Positions 27,281 through 38,947 of a stretch of 64,000 nucleotides of DNA are shown here, piece by piece. The DNA comes from an uncultured bacterium. GTDB lineage: Bacteria > Sysuimicrobiota > Sysuimicrobiia > Sysuimicrobiales > Sysuimicrobiaceae. The translations under genes were made by a program, and so were the position numbers. The notes beneath the pieces are model-generated. The model ran no database searches, was not told the DNA's origin, and saw nothing but the letters and a program-made list of their open reading frames with translations. The stretch lies in the NCBI GenBank assembly GCA_964437095.1, contig CAYTFH010000015.1:851-64850 (forward strand). The letters are read 5' to 3'. How positions within the stretch are numbered: position 1 is the stretch's first letter; the number at the start of each line of letters is the position of its first letter.

Positions 27281-28273
27281 GTGGTGGAGCCGCAAGCTCA
27301 GGCGGCCGCGGACCAAGCCCTGGCCGCGGCGTACGCGCCGGTCCGGGAGGACCTGGAACGGCTCCAGCACCTGCTGCGGCGGGAGCTGGCGGCCCACGAC
27401 CCCTTCCTCATGGAGCTGGTCTCCCACGTCCTGCGGACGCGGGGGAAGATGGTGCGGCCCGCCCTGGCGTTCCTGTGCGCCCGGCTGGCGGGTGGGGGCG
27501 GCCCGCACCGGGACCTGGTGGCCGGAGCCGTGGAGCTGATCCACGTGGCCAGCCTGATCCACGACGACGTCATCGACGAGGCGGACCGCCGGCGGGGGCA
27601 GGTGACCCCCAACGCGCGGTGGGGCAACCACGTGGCGGTTCTGCTGGGCGACTACCTGTTCAGCAAGGCCTTCCACATGCTGGCCCGCATCGGCCGGGAC
27701 GACGTGGCCAGCCGGGTGGCCTTCGCCACGGTGCGCATGAGCCAGGCGGAGCTGCTGCAGATCAAGTACGGCAACGCTCCCCACACGGACGAGACCGTGT
27801 ACTTCGCCATCGTGGAGGGTAAGACCGCGCAGCTGGTGTCGTCCGCGTGTGCCGGCGGGGCCCTGGTGGGCGGAGGGCACGGCGACCTGGCAGAGCGCCT
27901 GGGGGAGTTCGGGCTCCACTGGGGCGTGGCCTTCCAGATCACCGACGACACCCTGGACCTCACCAGCGACCCCGAGGTGCTGGGCAAGCCCATCGGCAGC
28001 GACGTGCGGGGCGGCAAGGTGACCCTGCCCCTCATCCACGCCCTGCGGCAGGCGGACGAGGAGGGCCGCAGGAAGCTGGAGGGGTGGATCCGCACGGGGC
28101 AGCTGGAACCCCTGCGGGAGGCCCTGCAGGCGTCCGGGTCGCTGCAGTACGCCCTGGAGGTGGCCCGCCAGCACGCCCAGCGCGCCCTGCAGATCCTGGA
28201 AGGTCTGCCGCCCGGCCCCGAGCGGGACAGCCTCACCACCCTCACGGAGTTCGTGGTGTCCCGGAGGCACTGA
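27281..28273 (+). CDS. trans-polyprenyl diphosphate synthase (hepta/octaprenyl type, quinone side chain)
   Basis: two Asp-rich motifs (LIHDDVIDEAD, ITDDTLD); GTG after GGAGG. Confidence 0.85.
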   Translation: MVEPQAQAAADQALAAAYAPVREDLERLQHLLRRELAAHDPFLMELVSHVLRTRGKMVRPALAFLCARLAGGGGPHRDLVAGAVELIHVASLIHDDVIDEADRRRGQVTPNARWGNHVAVLLGDYLFSKAFHMLARIGRDDVASRVAFATVRMSQAELLQIKYGNAPHTDETVYFAIVEGKTAQLVSSACAGGALVGGGHGDLAERLGEFGLHWGVAFQITDDTLDLTSDPEVLGKPIGSDVRGGKVTLPLIHALRQADEEGRRKLEGWIRTGQLEPLREALQASGSLQYALEVARQHAQRALQILEGLPPGPERDSLTTLTEFVVSRRH

Positions 28274-28356
28274 CCCACCCCGCTCCGTCCACGGGGACGT
28301 TCGTGGGACGCGCTCCGAACTAGCCCGGCCCTGCCCGCTCCGGTACACTGCCCTCG

Positions 28357-29565
28357 GTGGGCTCGGTGCGGGGCGCGGCGGAACTGGTGTGGGCGCTGGC
28401 GGTGCGGGTGCGGGAGGCCATGGTGCGGTTCGCGGTGGCCACCACCTCCCGGCACCTGGAGCGTCACCGGGACGCGGTGCTGGCCCGCTGGCGTGCGGCC
28501 CTGCGCCGCCGGGTGGCCCGCTACGCGGAACACCAGGAGCTGGCGCAGCGCTGGGGCCAGCAGACCGTGGACCTGTTGGTCCAGGTCATGCGGGCGTGGG
28601 GGGAGGCGCAGAGCCTGGAGGCCCGGGACCAGGTGTTCGCCCACGCCCACCGGGTGGCGGCGGAGCAGCTGGAGCTGGGGTTCCGCCTGGAGGAGATCCT
28701 GCAGGCCCTCAGCCTGCTGCGCAGCAGCCTGTCCGCGCAGGTGCAGGTGATGCTGAGCCGCCGCCTGTGGGTGGCGTTCCCCCCGGATGTGATGCGGGCC
28801 ACGGAGCGCGTGCACGAGGCCATCGACCTGCAGATGCTGGCCATCGGGCAGGCCTACCTGGACGCCCGGGACCGGGTGATCCGGCAGAAGCAGCAGGACC
28901 TGGAGGAGAGCAACGAGAAGCTGCGGACCCTGCTGCGGGAGATGCACCACCGGATCAAGAACAATCTGCAGACCCTGGCGGACCTGCTGTACCTGGAGAC
29001 CCTGGACGCGGAGGGGCCCGCCCGCAAGAGCCTGCTGGACAGCATCGGCCGGGTGAAGAGCATCGCCGCGGTGCACCACATGCTCTCCGCGGACCGCATC
29101 GAGGCCGTGGAGGTCCGGCGGCTGGCGGAGCGCATCGGGGAGACCATGGGGCGGGACCTGGTGCGGGGCGGGCGGGCGGTGCAGGTGGAGGTCCGGGGAC
29201 CGGAGGTCTGGCTGCCGAGCAAGCAGGCCACGGCCCTGGCCCTGGTACTCAGCGAGCTGCTGCACAACGCCCTGGAGCACGCCTTCCCCGACGGCCGGGG
29301 GCGGGTGGAGGTGGAGCTGGGGCGGGCGGGGCCGCAGGTGTGGGTGCGGGTGAAGGACGACGGGGTGGGGCTGCCGCCGGGGTTCTCCGTGGAGCAGCAC
29401 GGCCACCTGGGCCTGCGCATCGTCCGGGACCTGGTGGCCCGGGACCTGCAGGGGGTCTTCGCGCTGCGCACGGAGGGCGGGACGGTGGCGGAGGTGAGGT
29501 TCCGGCTCCCGGAGGGCGAAGGGTGGCAGGAGGTGCGGCGGACGAGCGGGGAGGTGACGGTGTGA
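28357..29565 (+). CDS. sensor histidine kinase, HisKA_2 type, with RsbR-N/globin-like N-terminal sensor domain
   Basis: EMHHRIKNNLQTL H-box; HATPase C-terminus; no TM helices. Confidence 0.75.
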   Translation: MGSVRGAAELVWALAVRVREAMVRFAVATTSRHLERHRDAVLARWRAALRRRVARYAEHQELAQRWGQQTVDLLVQVMRAWGEAQSLEARDQVFAHAHRVAAEQLELGFRLEEILQALSLLRSSLSAQVQVMLSRRLWVAFPPDVMRATERVHEAIDLQMLAIGQAYLDARDRVIRQKQQDLEESNEKLRTLLREMHHRIKNNLQTLADLLYLETLDAEGPARKSLLDSIGRVKSIAAVHHMLSADRIEAVEVRRLAERIGETMGRDLVRGGRAVQVEVRGPEVWLPSKQATALALVLSELLHNALEHAFPDGRGRVEVELGRAGPQVWVRVKDDGVGLPPGFSVEQHGHLGLRIVRDLVARDLQGVFALRTEGGTVAEVRFRLPEGEGWQEVRRTSGEVTV

Positions 29566-30143
29566 AGGACCGGCTCCGCATCCTTATCGCGGACGACGAG
29601 GCCATCCGGGTCATGACCCTCAGGACCCAGCTGCGGGCCCTGGGGTTCGAGGTGGTGGCGGAAGCCACCAACGGCCGGGAGGCGGTGGAGCTGGCGGCCC
29701 GGTGTGAGCCGGACCTGGCCATCCTGGACATCAAGATGCCGGAGCTGGACGGTATTGCGGCCGCCCGGCAGATCACCGCGCGGCGGCCCATTCCCGTGAT
29801 CCTCCTCACCGCCTACAGCGAGCCGGAGCTGGTAGAGCGGGCCACCGAGGCGGGCGTGTTCGCGTACCTGGTGAAGCCCGTGAGCGAGGAGGACCTGCTG
29901 CCCACCATCCTCCTGGCGCGGGCCCGGTTCGAGGAGTTCCGCCTGCTCCAGCGGGAGGTGGCGGACCTGCGGGAGGCCCTGGAGGCCCGCAAGATCATCG
30001 AGCGGGCCAAGGGGATCCTGATGAAGCGGCTGGGCATCAGCGAGGCGGAGGCCTTCCGCCGCATGCAGGTGCAGAGCCAGAAGGAGAACAAGAAGCTGGT
30101 GGAGATCGCCCGGGCCATCGTCACCGCCCACGGGGTGCTGTAG
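29562..30143 (+). CDS. response regulator with ANTAR RNA-binding output domain
   Basis: receiver (ILIADDE...DIKMP...KP) plus ANTAR (KIIERAKGILMKRLGISEAEAFRRMQ); GTGA overlap with kinase. Confidence 0.85.
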   Translation: MKDRLRILIADDEAIRVMTLRTQLRALGFEVVAEATNGREAVELAARCEPDLAILDIKMPELDGIAAARQITARRPIPVILLTAYSEPELVERATEAGVFAYLVKPVSEEDLLPTILLARARFEEFRLLQREVADLREALEARKIIERAKGILMKRLGISEAEAFRRMQVQSQKENKKLVEIARAIVTAHGVL

Positions 30144-30556
30144 TGCGGGAGCCCGACAGCCAACAGACTTGGGAGGACCTTTTGGAGGACCTGGTCCGGC
30201 TGGCCCGGGCCCACGCGGAGCTGGTGGAGCTGGAGAGCCGGCAGGCGGTCCAGGACCTGTTCCGGGGAGGCATAGGGTTGGTGGCGGGGGTGGCGGCTGT
30301 GGCAGGTGCTCTGCTGTTCCTGCCCGTGCTGGTGGCCCTGGTGCTGTCCGCGTGGCTCGAGCCCTGGGCCGCGGGTCTGGTGAGCTGGGGTGCCGTGGCG
30401 GGGGCTGGGGCGGCGGCGGCGTGGTGGGGCTGGCGCCGGTTGCGCAGGCCCAAGCTGGCCCGGGTGCGGGAGGCGTTGCAGGAGGACGTCCGGTGGATCC
30501 GCGAGCTGACCGCGTCCGTGCGGAGCTCCGGGCGACCCGGCTCCGGGTCGCCCTGA
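30143..30556 (+). CDS. Holin-X-like (Phage_holin_3_6 family) two-TM membrane protein
   Basis: amphipathic N-terminus, two TM helices, basic tail; GTG overlaps the regulator stop by 1 nt (TAGTG). Confidence 0.5.
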   Translation: MREPDSQQTWEDLLEDLVRLARAHAELVELESRQAVQDLFRGGIGLVAGVAAVAGALLFLPVLVALVLSAWLEPWAAGLVSWGAVAGAGAAAAWWGWRRLRRPKLARVREALQEDVRWIRELTASVRSSGRPGSGSP

Positions 30557-30719
30557 AGGTGGCGCACCTCCTGGAGCACCGAGCGCCTCATGCGCTGCCG
30601 CCGGGGCCGGTGCTCCTGGCCACGGCGCTGGTGGCGACGGTGGTGGTGGCCTGCGCCGCCCTGCAGCGGTGGGCGGACGGGCGCCGGAAGAGCTGATACA
30701 ATGCCCGTGGAGGTGGCGG

Positions 30720-30887
30720 ATGCCCTTCGGGATCGGGACCACCGAACTCGTCATCATCCTCATCATCGCCCTGCTGATCTTCGGCCCGTCCCGCCTCGCC
30801 GGCATCGGGAGTTCCCTGGGCAAAGCCATCCGGGACTTCCGCAAGTCGGTCAAGGAAGAGGACACCGACGAGGCGGCCAAGACCTAG
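30720..30887 (+). CDS. tatA: twin-arginine translocase subunit TatA/E
   Basis: MPFGIGTTELVIILIIALLIFGP...LGKAIRDFRK. Confidence 0.9.
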   Translation: MPFGIGTTELVIILIIALLIFGPSRLAGIGSSLGKAIRDFRKSVKEEDTDEAAKT

Positions 30888-30944
30888 GCCGCGGGCGCGG
30901 GTGAGGCAGCTGAGCGGACCCTGGGGCGCCGCGGAGGCCTGCGG

Positions 30945-31205
30945 GTGACCCGGCGCAGCCGGCGTTCGTGGCTTCCTCTGCTGTTCGTGGTCCTGGCGGG
31001 GGGCGTGCTGGGGCACGTGGTGGCGGAGGCCACCTCCACCGTGACTGCTCTCGCGTTTCTCGCGCGGTCCGTGGAATCCGGGCTGGACCCCGCCCTGCAC
31101 CTGGACCTGGGCCTGTTCACCTTCACCCTCGGCTTCACCGTGCGCCTCAACCTGGCCGTGGCGTTGGGGGTGCTGTTCGCCCTGTGGGTCTGGCGGTGGG
31201 TGTAG
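30945..31205 (+). CDS. small integral membrane protein (DUF4321-like)
   Basis: 86 aa, two or three hydrophobic segments, follows tatA. Confidence 0.5.
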   Translation: MTRRSRRSWLPLLFVVLAGGVLGHVVAEATSTVTALAFLARSVESGLDPALHLDLGLFTFTLGFTVRLNLAVALGVLFALWVWRWV

Positions 31206-31247
31206 CCGTGGCCCGTTCAAAACCGCCCTGGTGGCGCGTTCAATTGA

Positions 31248-33026
<1,779 letters not shown>

Positions 33027-33041
33027 CCGGGCGGAGCAGGG

Positions 33042-33872
33042 ATGATCCTTGCGGGTTCCCGCAGGCGCGTGGGGGTGCTGGCGGCCCTGCTGGTGCTGGC
33101 GGCGTCCCTACTCACGCTCCAGCTGCGCGCGCCCGAACGCCGCGCGGTGGGGGTCTTGGGCCGCCTGGTGCTTTCCGTGGTGCTTCCGGCTCAGCTGTCC
33201 CTGAGTCGGGCCGCAGACGCGGTGGCGGGCCTGTGGCGGGCCCTCAACGAGATCGGCCAGCTGCGCATGGAGAACGCGCGGCTCCGAGAGGAAGTGGAGC
33301 GCCTGCGCCGGGAGCTGGCCCAGCTGGAGGAGTCCTCTGCGGAGGTCCACCGGCTCCGCCGCCTGCTGGGGTTCCGGTCGCCGCCCTCCTACGCGGTGGT
33401 GGCCGCCCGGGTGGTGACCCGGGACCCCAGCCGTTGGTACACCACCCTGACCGTGGACCGGGGCGCTCAGGACGGCGTGGCCCGCAACGACCCCGTGGTC
33501 ACCGCGGACGGGCTGGTGGGGCGGGTGTTCGAGGTCTACCCCACCACGTCCCGGGTCCTGCTGGTCACCGACCCGCGCAGCTCCGTGGGGGTGCTGGTGC
33601 AGAGCTCCCGGGACGCGGGGGTGGTGCAGGGGACGGGCACGGAGTTCCTCCGGCTTCGGTACCTGTCCCGCTCCTCGCCCCTCGCGGAAGGCGACGTGCT
33701 GGTGACCTCCGGCCTGGGCGGGGTCTTCCCGAGGGGGTTGAGGGTGGGCGTGGTCCGGAAGGTAGTCCGCACCCCGGGCGCCCTCTTCCAGGAGGCGGAG
33801 GTGGAGCCCGCCGCGGAGCTGGCCCGGCTGGAGGAGGTGTTGGTGATGGTCCGGCCAGGTCCCGGGAGGTGA
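33042..33872 (+). CDS. mreC: rod-shape protein MreC
   Basis: N-terminal TM, coiled coil, beta-rich C-terminus; position after mreB. Confidence 0.8.
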   Translation: MILAGSRRRVGVLAALLVLAASLLTLQLRAPERRAVGVLGRLVLSVVLPAQLSLSRAADAVAGLWRALNEIGQLRMENARLREEVERLRRELAQLEESSAEVHRLRRLLGFRSPPSYAVVAARVVTRDPSRWYTTLTVDRGAQDGVARNDPVVTADGLVGRVFEVYPTTSRVLLVTDPRSSVGVLVQSSRDAGVVQGTGTEFLRLRYLSRSSPLAEGDVLVTSGLGGVFPRGLRVGVVRKVVRTPGALFQEAEVEPAAELARLEEVLVMVRPGPGR

Positions 33873-33878
33873 GCGGCC

Positions 33879-34424
33879 GTGAGCGCTTGGCACCGGGTGG
33901 GAGCGGCCGTGGGCTTCGGCCTGCTCCTGCTGGCCGCGGTGGCCGTGGAGGGCGCGTGGGGGTGGCGGCTGGCGGGATGGGGCGGGTCGCCGGACCTGGT
34001 GCTGGCCCTGGTCCTGGCGGCGAGCCTGCGGGCCGGGCCAGAGGCCGGGGCGCTAGCGGGCTTCGCCGGCGGGTTGCTGCAGGACCTGGCCGGGGGAGGG
34101 CCTCTCGGGATTTTGGCCGTGGCCAAGCTGGTGGTGGGCTTCGGTGTGGGCTCGGCGGCGCGCGCGGTGGCCCTGGACGGGGTGTGGGTCCCCACGGCGC
34201 TGGCCTTGGCCGCCACCGCCGCGGGCGGGGTGGCGGAGCTGGGGGTTGTGTGGGTGGTGGGGGAGAGTACTCCGCACCCCTCCGTGTGGGCCCGGAGCGT
34301 GGCGGCGACCGCGTGCTATAATGTACTGATCGCGCCCCTGGTCTTCGCCGCCTTCCGCAAAGCGCAACGATGGAAGCGAAGTCAAACCTCACGACCCGGC
34401 TTGCGTCTCTGGCCGCAGCCCTGA
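33879..34424 (+). CDS. mreD: rod-shape protein MreD
   Basis: polytopic small membrane protein at the mreD position; 3' end overlaps PBP2 start. Confidence 0.65.
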   Translation: MSAWHRVGAAVGFGLLLLAAVAVEGAWGWRLAGWGGSPDLVLALVLAASLRAGPEAGALAGFAGGLLQDLAGGGPLGILAVAKLVVGFGVGSAARAVALDGVWVPTALALAATAAGGVAELGVVWVVGESTPHPSVWARSVAATACYNVLIAPLVFAAFRKAQRWKRSQTSRPGLRLWPQP

Positions 34425-36145
34425 CTCTGGCCCTCGGGGCCCTGGGCGTCCGCCTGTGGCAGCTGCAGATCCTCCAGGGCGAGTACTACGCGCAGCTGGC
34501 GGACACCAACCGGCTTCGGGTTCACCGGCTGAGCGCCCCCCGCGGGCTGGTGGTGGACCGCAGGGGAGTTCCCCTCGTCACCAACCGGCCCGCGTTCTCC
34601 GTGTCCGTCCTGCCCATGGAACTCCGCGAACCCGGCCGGGTGCTCCCGGAGCTGGCCCGCCTGCTGGACGTGCCGGAGCAGGAGCTGCGGGCCCGGTGGG
34701 AGCGCGGCCGTAAGCGGCCCTTCGAGCCCTTCAGGGTCCGCCGGGACGTGGGGATCCGGGTGGTGACGGTCCTGGAGGAGCGGCGGGAGGAGCTGCGCGG
34801 TGTGCTGGTGGAGGCGGAGCCCGTGAGGGTGTACCCCTTCGGCACGGCCGCCGCCCACGTGCTGGGCTACCTCGGAGAGGTCAGCGCGGAGGAGCTGGAG
34901 GTCCTGCGGGCCAAGGGCTACCGGGCGGGGGACCTGGTGGGCAAGGCCGGGGTGGAACGGCAGTACGACGCGGTCCTGCGCGGCGACGACGGCGAGCACG
35001 TGGTGGAGGTGGACGCCGCGGGCCGGCCCCTGAGAGTTCTGCGGGAACAGCCGGCGAGGCCGGGCGACACCCTGGTTCTCTCCCTGGACTGGGAACTGCA
35101 GCGGGAAGCCGAGCGACAGCTCCAGGGGCTTTCCGGCGCGGTGGTGGCCATGGATCCGCGCACCGGAGAGGTCCTGGCCATGGCCAACAGCCCGTCCTTC
35201 GACCCCAACCTGTTCTCAGTGGGGATCTCCCAGCGCGACTGGGAGAAGCTGTCCGGCGACCGCCGGAACCCCCTGCTGAACCGCGCCACCGCCGCCGCGG
35301 TGGAGCCCGGGTCGGTGTTCAAGATCGTCACGGGGCTGGCAGCCCTGCAGGAGGGCAAAGCCAACGCTTCCTCCACCTTTCTGTGCACCGGCTCCCTGCA
35401 GCTCGGCCGGTGGGTGTTCCGAGACCTGCAGGCGCACGGGCGCGTGGACTTCACCTCGGGCGTGGCCCAGTCGTGCAACGTGATGTTCTGGCTGCTGGGC
35501 CGTTCCGTGGGGCCGGAGGTGCTGTCGGAGTACGCGCGCCGGCTGGGGTTCGGGCAGCTCACCGGCGTGGACCTGCCCCAGGAGACGGAGGGGGTGATCC
35601 CGGATCGGGGCTACAAGGAGCGGGTGTGGAAGGAGCCGTGGTACCCCGGGGACACCCTGAACATGGCCATCGGCCAGGGATTCGTGCTGGTGACCCCCAT
35701 CCAGGTGGCGCGGGCGGTGAGCGCGGTGGCCAACGGTGGCGTCTTGTTGAGGCCTCAGGTGGCCCGGGCCGTGCTGGCTCCTGACGGCCGCGTGCTGCGC
35801 ACCTTCCCGCCCGCGGTACAGGGTCGCCTGGGGCTTTCGCCCTCCGCCCTGGCAGCCCTGCGCCGAGGCCTGGAGGCGGTGGTGGAGCGGGGCACGGGGC
35901 AGGCCGCCCGGGTGGACGGGCTGCGGGTGGCGGGCAAGACGGGCAGCGCGGAGGTGCCCCGGGGCCGGCCCCACGCGTGGTTCGCGGGCTACGCGCCCGC
36001 GGACGACCCCCGGGTGGTGGTGGTGGTTCTGGTGGAGCACGGCTACCGGGGAGGGCTGACCGCAGCACCCATCGCCAGGGCGGTGCTGTCCCGGTGGTGG
36101 GAGGGCCAGAAGCTGGCGGGAGGTGCGGTGTGGTCCGGCCGGTGA
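34370..36145 (+). CDS. mrdA: penicillin-binding protein 2 (elongasome transpeptidase)
   Basis: N-terminal anchor, SVFK (SxxK), SxN, KTGS-like (KTGSAE) motifs. Confidence 0.85.
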   Translation: MEAKSNLTTRLASLAAALTLALGALGVRLWQLQILQGEYYAQLADTNRLRVHRLSAPRGLVVDRRGVPLVTNRPAFSVSVLPMELREPGRVLPELARLLDVPEQELRARWERGRKRPFEPFRVRRDVGIRVVTVLEERREELRGVLVEAEPVRVYPFGTAAAHVLGYLGEVSAEELEVLRAKGYRAGDLVGKAGVERQYDAVLRGDDGEHVVEVDAAGRPLRVLREQPARPGDTLVLSLDWELQREAERQLQGLSGAVVAMDPRTGEVLAMANSPSFDPNLFSVGISQRDWEKLSGDRRNPLLNRATAAAVEPGSVFKIVTGLAALQEGKANASSTFLCTGSLQLGRWVFRDLQAHGRVDFTSGVAQSCNVMFWLLGRSVGPEVLSEYARRLGFGQLTGVDLPQETEGVIPDRGYKERVWKEPWYPGDTLNMAIGQGFVLVTPIQVARAVSAVANGGVLLRPQVARAVLAPDGRVLRTFPPAVQGRLGLSPSALAALRRGLEAVVERGTGQAARVDGLRVAGKTGSAEVPRGRPHAWFAGYAPADDPRVVVVVLVEHGYRGGLTAAPIARAVLSRWWEGQKLAGGAVWSGR

Positions 36146-37263
36146 GCCCACCCGCTCCGAGCCTCTCCACCGTGCGCCGGCGGCTGCGGCAGGTGGACTG
36201 GGTGCTGGCAGGTTGTACGGTAGCCCTCGTGGCCGTGGGAACGGTGGTCATCGCCAGCGCCACCAGCACCCCGGACCAGCCGCTGGGCCTGTTGCGGCCG
36301 AGGCTGGTGCACGTGGCCGTGGGGATGGTGGCCATGGTGGGCCTTGCCGCGCTGCCCTACCGGTCCGTGGGGGAGGTTTGGAAGCTCCTGTACGTGGGCA
36401 GCCTGGCCCTCCTGGCCCTCACGGATCTGGTGGGTCGCACGGCCCTGGGCGCCCAGCGGTGGTTGAGCCTGGGCCCGGTGAGCCTGCAGCCCTCGGAGCT
36501 GGCCAAGCTCTCCCTGATCGTCACCCTGGCGTGGTCGCTGAGCCGGCGGAAGGAGCCGCCGAGGCGATGGACCGAGCTGGCCCCCTACCTTCTCCAGGCT
36601 GCGCCCTTCGTGGTGCTGGTGTTCCTGCAACCCGACCTGGGAAGCGCCCTGAGCTTTGTGGCCATCCTGCTCGGGATGCTTTGGGCCGCAGGGGTGCCCA
36701 CGGCTCAACTGGCGGGCCTCCTGTTCGCCGGGCTGTTGGCGTCGCCTCTCGTGTGGCCGCTCCTGAAACCCTACCAGAGGGCGCGCCTGCTGGTGTTCCT
36801 GGACCCCGGCGTGGACCCCCTGGGAGCCGGCTACAACCTCATCCAGTCCAAGATCGCCATCGGCTCCGGAGGCTTCTGGGGCAAGGGCCTGTTCGCGGGA
36901 ACCCAGAACACCCTGCAGTTCCTCCCCATGCAGCACACGGACTTCATGTTCGCGGTCATCGGGGAGGAGCTGGGGTTCGTGGGAGCCGTGGGCGTGCTGC
37001 TCCTGTTCTGGATGTGGCTGATGCGGGTCCTGCAGGTGGCCCGCTCCGCGCGGGACGCCTTCGGCGCGTACCTGTGCGTGGGGGTGGCCAGCGCGGTGGC
37101 CTTCCACGTGCTGGTGAACGTGGGGATGACCGTGGGTCTCGCACCCGCCACGGGGATCCCCCTCCCCTTCGTGTCCTACGGGGGCACGGCCCTGGTGAGC
37201 CAGCTGGCGGCGGTGGGGGTGGTGCTCAGCGTGGCGGCGCGCGGGCCCAAGATCTCCTTCTGA
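36142..37263 (+). CDS. rodA: SEDS glycosyltransferase RodA
   Basis: FtsW/RodA family 10-TM profile, GSGGFWGKG..., PLPFVSYGGT; GTGA overlap with PBP2. Confidence 0.85.
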   Translation: MSPPAPSLSTVRRRLRQVDWVLAGCTVALVAVGTVVIASATSTPDQPLGLLRPRLVHVAVGMVAMVGLAALPYRSVGEVWKLLYVGSLALLALTDLVGRTALGAQRWLSLGPVSLQPSELAKLSLIVTLAWSLSRRKEPPRRWTELAPYLLQAAPFVVLVFLQPDLGSALSFVAILLGMLWAAGVPTAQLAGLLFAGLLASPLVWPLLKPYQRARLLVFLDPGVDPLGAGYNLIQSKIAIGSGGFWGKGLFAGTQNTLQFLPMQHTDFMFAVIGEELGFVGAVGVLLLFWMWLMRVLQVARSARDAFGAYLCVGVASAVAFHVLVNVGMTVGLAPATGIPLPFVSYGGTALVSQLAAVGVVLSVAARGPKISF

Positions 37264-37276
37264 GCGCGGAGGACCC

Positions 37277-38932
37277 ATGCGAAGGCAGATCGTGGCCAAC
37301 GTGGAGCCCTTCGAGACCCGGGTGGCCGTGTTCGAGGACGGGCAGGTGGTGAACCTGTTCGTGGAACGGGGCGAGCCGCTGGCGGGCAACGTGTACAAGG
37401 CCCGGGTGGCCAACGTGATCCGGGGCATGGACGCGGCCTTCGTCGACATCGGGCTGGAACGCAACGCCTTCCTGCAGGTGGGGGACGTGCGCAGCCAGCG
37501 CATCGGCGGCGAGGAGCTGGAGGACGCCATCGGACGGGGCGCCATCCAGCAGCGGCTGCGGGTGGGCCAGGAGATCCTGGTGCAGGTCACCAAGGAGCCC
37601 ATGGGCACCAAGGGAGCCCGGGTCACCACTTACATCGCCATCCCCGCCCACTACCTGGTCCTCATGCCCACGGTGAACTACGTGGGCGTGTCCCGGAAGA
37701 TCGAGAGCGAGAGCGAGCGGCGCCGGCTGCGGGAGATCGCTCAGCGCGTGCGGCCGGAGGGGATGGGGCTCATCGTGCGCACCGCGGCCGAGGGTGCCAC
37801 GGAGAAGGACCTGCAGGACGACCTCCGGTACCTGCTGAGCGTGTGGAACCGGGTGACGGAGCGGGCCCGCACCAGCCGTGCCCCCGCCCTCCTGTACCAG
37901 GACCTGCGGCTGCTCCGCCGGGTGGCCCGGGACCTGTTCACGGGCGAGGTGGAGCGGTTCGTGGTGGACTCCCCGCGGGAGTACGAGCGCCTGGTGGACC
38001 TGGTGAGCTCCTACGCCCCGCACCTGCGGGACCGCCTGGAGCTGTACCGGGGGCCGCAGCCCATCTTCGAACACTACGGGGTGGAGGGGGAGATCGAGAA
38101 CGCCCTGCGCCGCAAGGTGTGGCTGCCCTCGGGCGGCACCCTGGTGGTGGACCGCACCGAGGCCCTCACGGTGATCGACGTGAACACGGGCCGGTACGTA
38201 GGCGGCCGGGACCTGGCGGCCACCATCCTCCACACGAACCTGGAGGCGGTGCAGGAAGTGGTCCGGCAGATCCGCCTGCGCGACATCGGGGGCATCATCC
38301 TGGTGGACTTCATCGACATGGAGGACCCCAAGCACCGGCAGCAGGTGCTGCGGGTCCTGCAGGAGGCGGTGCGGCGCGACCGGTCCAAGACCCACGTCAT
38401 CGACCTCACCCAGCTGGGGCTGGTGGAGATCACCCGCAAGCGGGTGCACCAGGACCTGGAGACGGTGCTGCGCATGCCCTGCCCGTACTGCGACGGCCGG
38501 GGCCGGGTGCTGTCCCCGGAGACGGTGGCCAACCGCCTCCGCCGGGAGCTGCGGAGGCTCTGCGAGGCGTGCAAGGACCCCGTGCTGGTGCTGCGGGTCC
38601 ACCCCCAGGTGCACGCGGAGCTCGTGCGGGACGGGGCGTGGCTGCGGAAGGTGGAGGAGCAAACGGGTCGGACGGTGCGGCTGGTGCCCAAGGAGGGGTT
38701 GCACATCGAACAGTACGAGACGGCCTCCGCCCGCAGCCCCGAGGAGGTGGAGGTCCCTCCCGGCGCGCCGGTGCGGGCGTACCCGTGGGGTTCGGAGGAG
38801 GTCCTGGACGTGGGCGCGGAACGTGACGAGGAGATGGAGAGAGCGTTGGCGGCTGGGCCCGTGGGGTGGTGGGAGCGGGTCCGCCGGTGGCTCGCGGCCC
38901 GGAGGGCGGCCGCGCCCGGCCCGCGGATATAA
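37277..38932 (+). CDS. rng: ribonuclease E/G family (RNase G-like)
   Basis: S1 domain N-terminus; DxD catalytic region (VIDVNTGR...ILVDFIDM). Confidence 0.85.
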   Translation: MRRQIVANVEPFETRVAVFEDGQVVNLFVERGEPLAGNVYKARVANVIRGMDAAFVDIGLERNAFLQVGDVRSQRIGGEELEDAIGRGAIQQRLRVGQEILVQVTKEPMGTKGARVTTYIAIPAHYLVLMPTVNYVGVSRKIESESERRRLREIAQRVRPEGMGLIVRTAAEGATEKDLQDDLRYLLSVWNRVTERARTSRAPALLYQDLRLLRRVARDLFTGEVERFVVDSPREYERLVDLVSSYAPHLRDRLELYRGPQPIFEHYGVEGEIENALRRKVWLPSGGTLVVDRTEALTVIDVNTGRYVGGRDLAATILHTNLEAVQEVVRQIRLRDIGGIILVDFIDMEDPKHRQQVLRVLQEAVRRDRSKTHVIDLTQLGLVEITRKRVHQDLETVLRMPCPYCDGRGRVLSPETVANRLRRELRRLCEACKDPVLVLRVHPQVHAELVRDGAWLRKVEEQTGRTVRLVPKEGLHIEQYETASARSPEEVEVPPGAPVRAYPWGSEEVLDVGAERDEEMERALAAGPVGWWERVRRWLAARRAAAPGPRI

Positions 38933-38947
38933 TCGTGGTGCCGACGG

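Noticed and set aside
28389-30143. 584-aa + ORF
   Set aside because: An alternative-frame read-through of the histidine-kinase gene. Only its last 193 codons (from GTG 29562) encode the ANTAR response regulator.
30590-30904. 104-aa + ORF between the holin-like gene and tatA
   Set aside because: Arg/His/Pro-rich junk frame overlapping tatA. The alternative-frame 46-aa TM peptide (about 30560..30696) is more plausible but unconfirmed.
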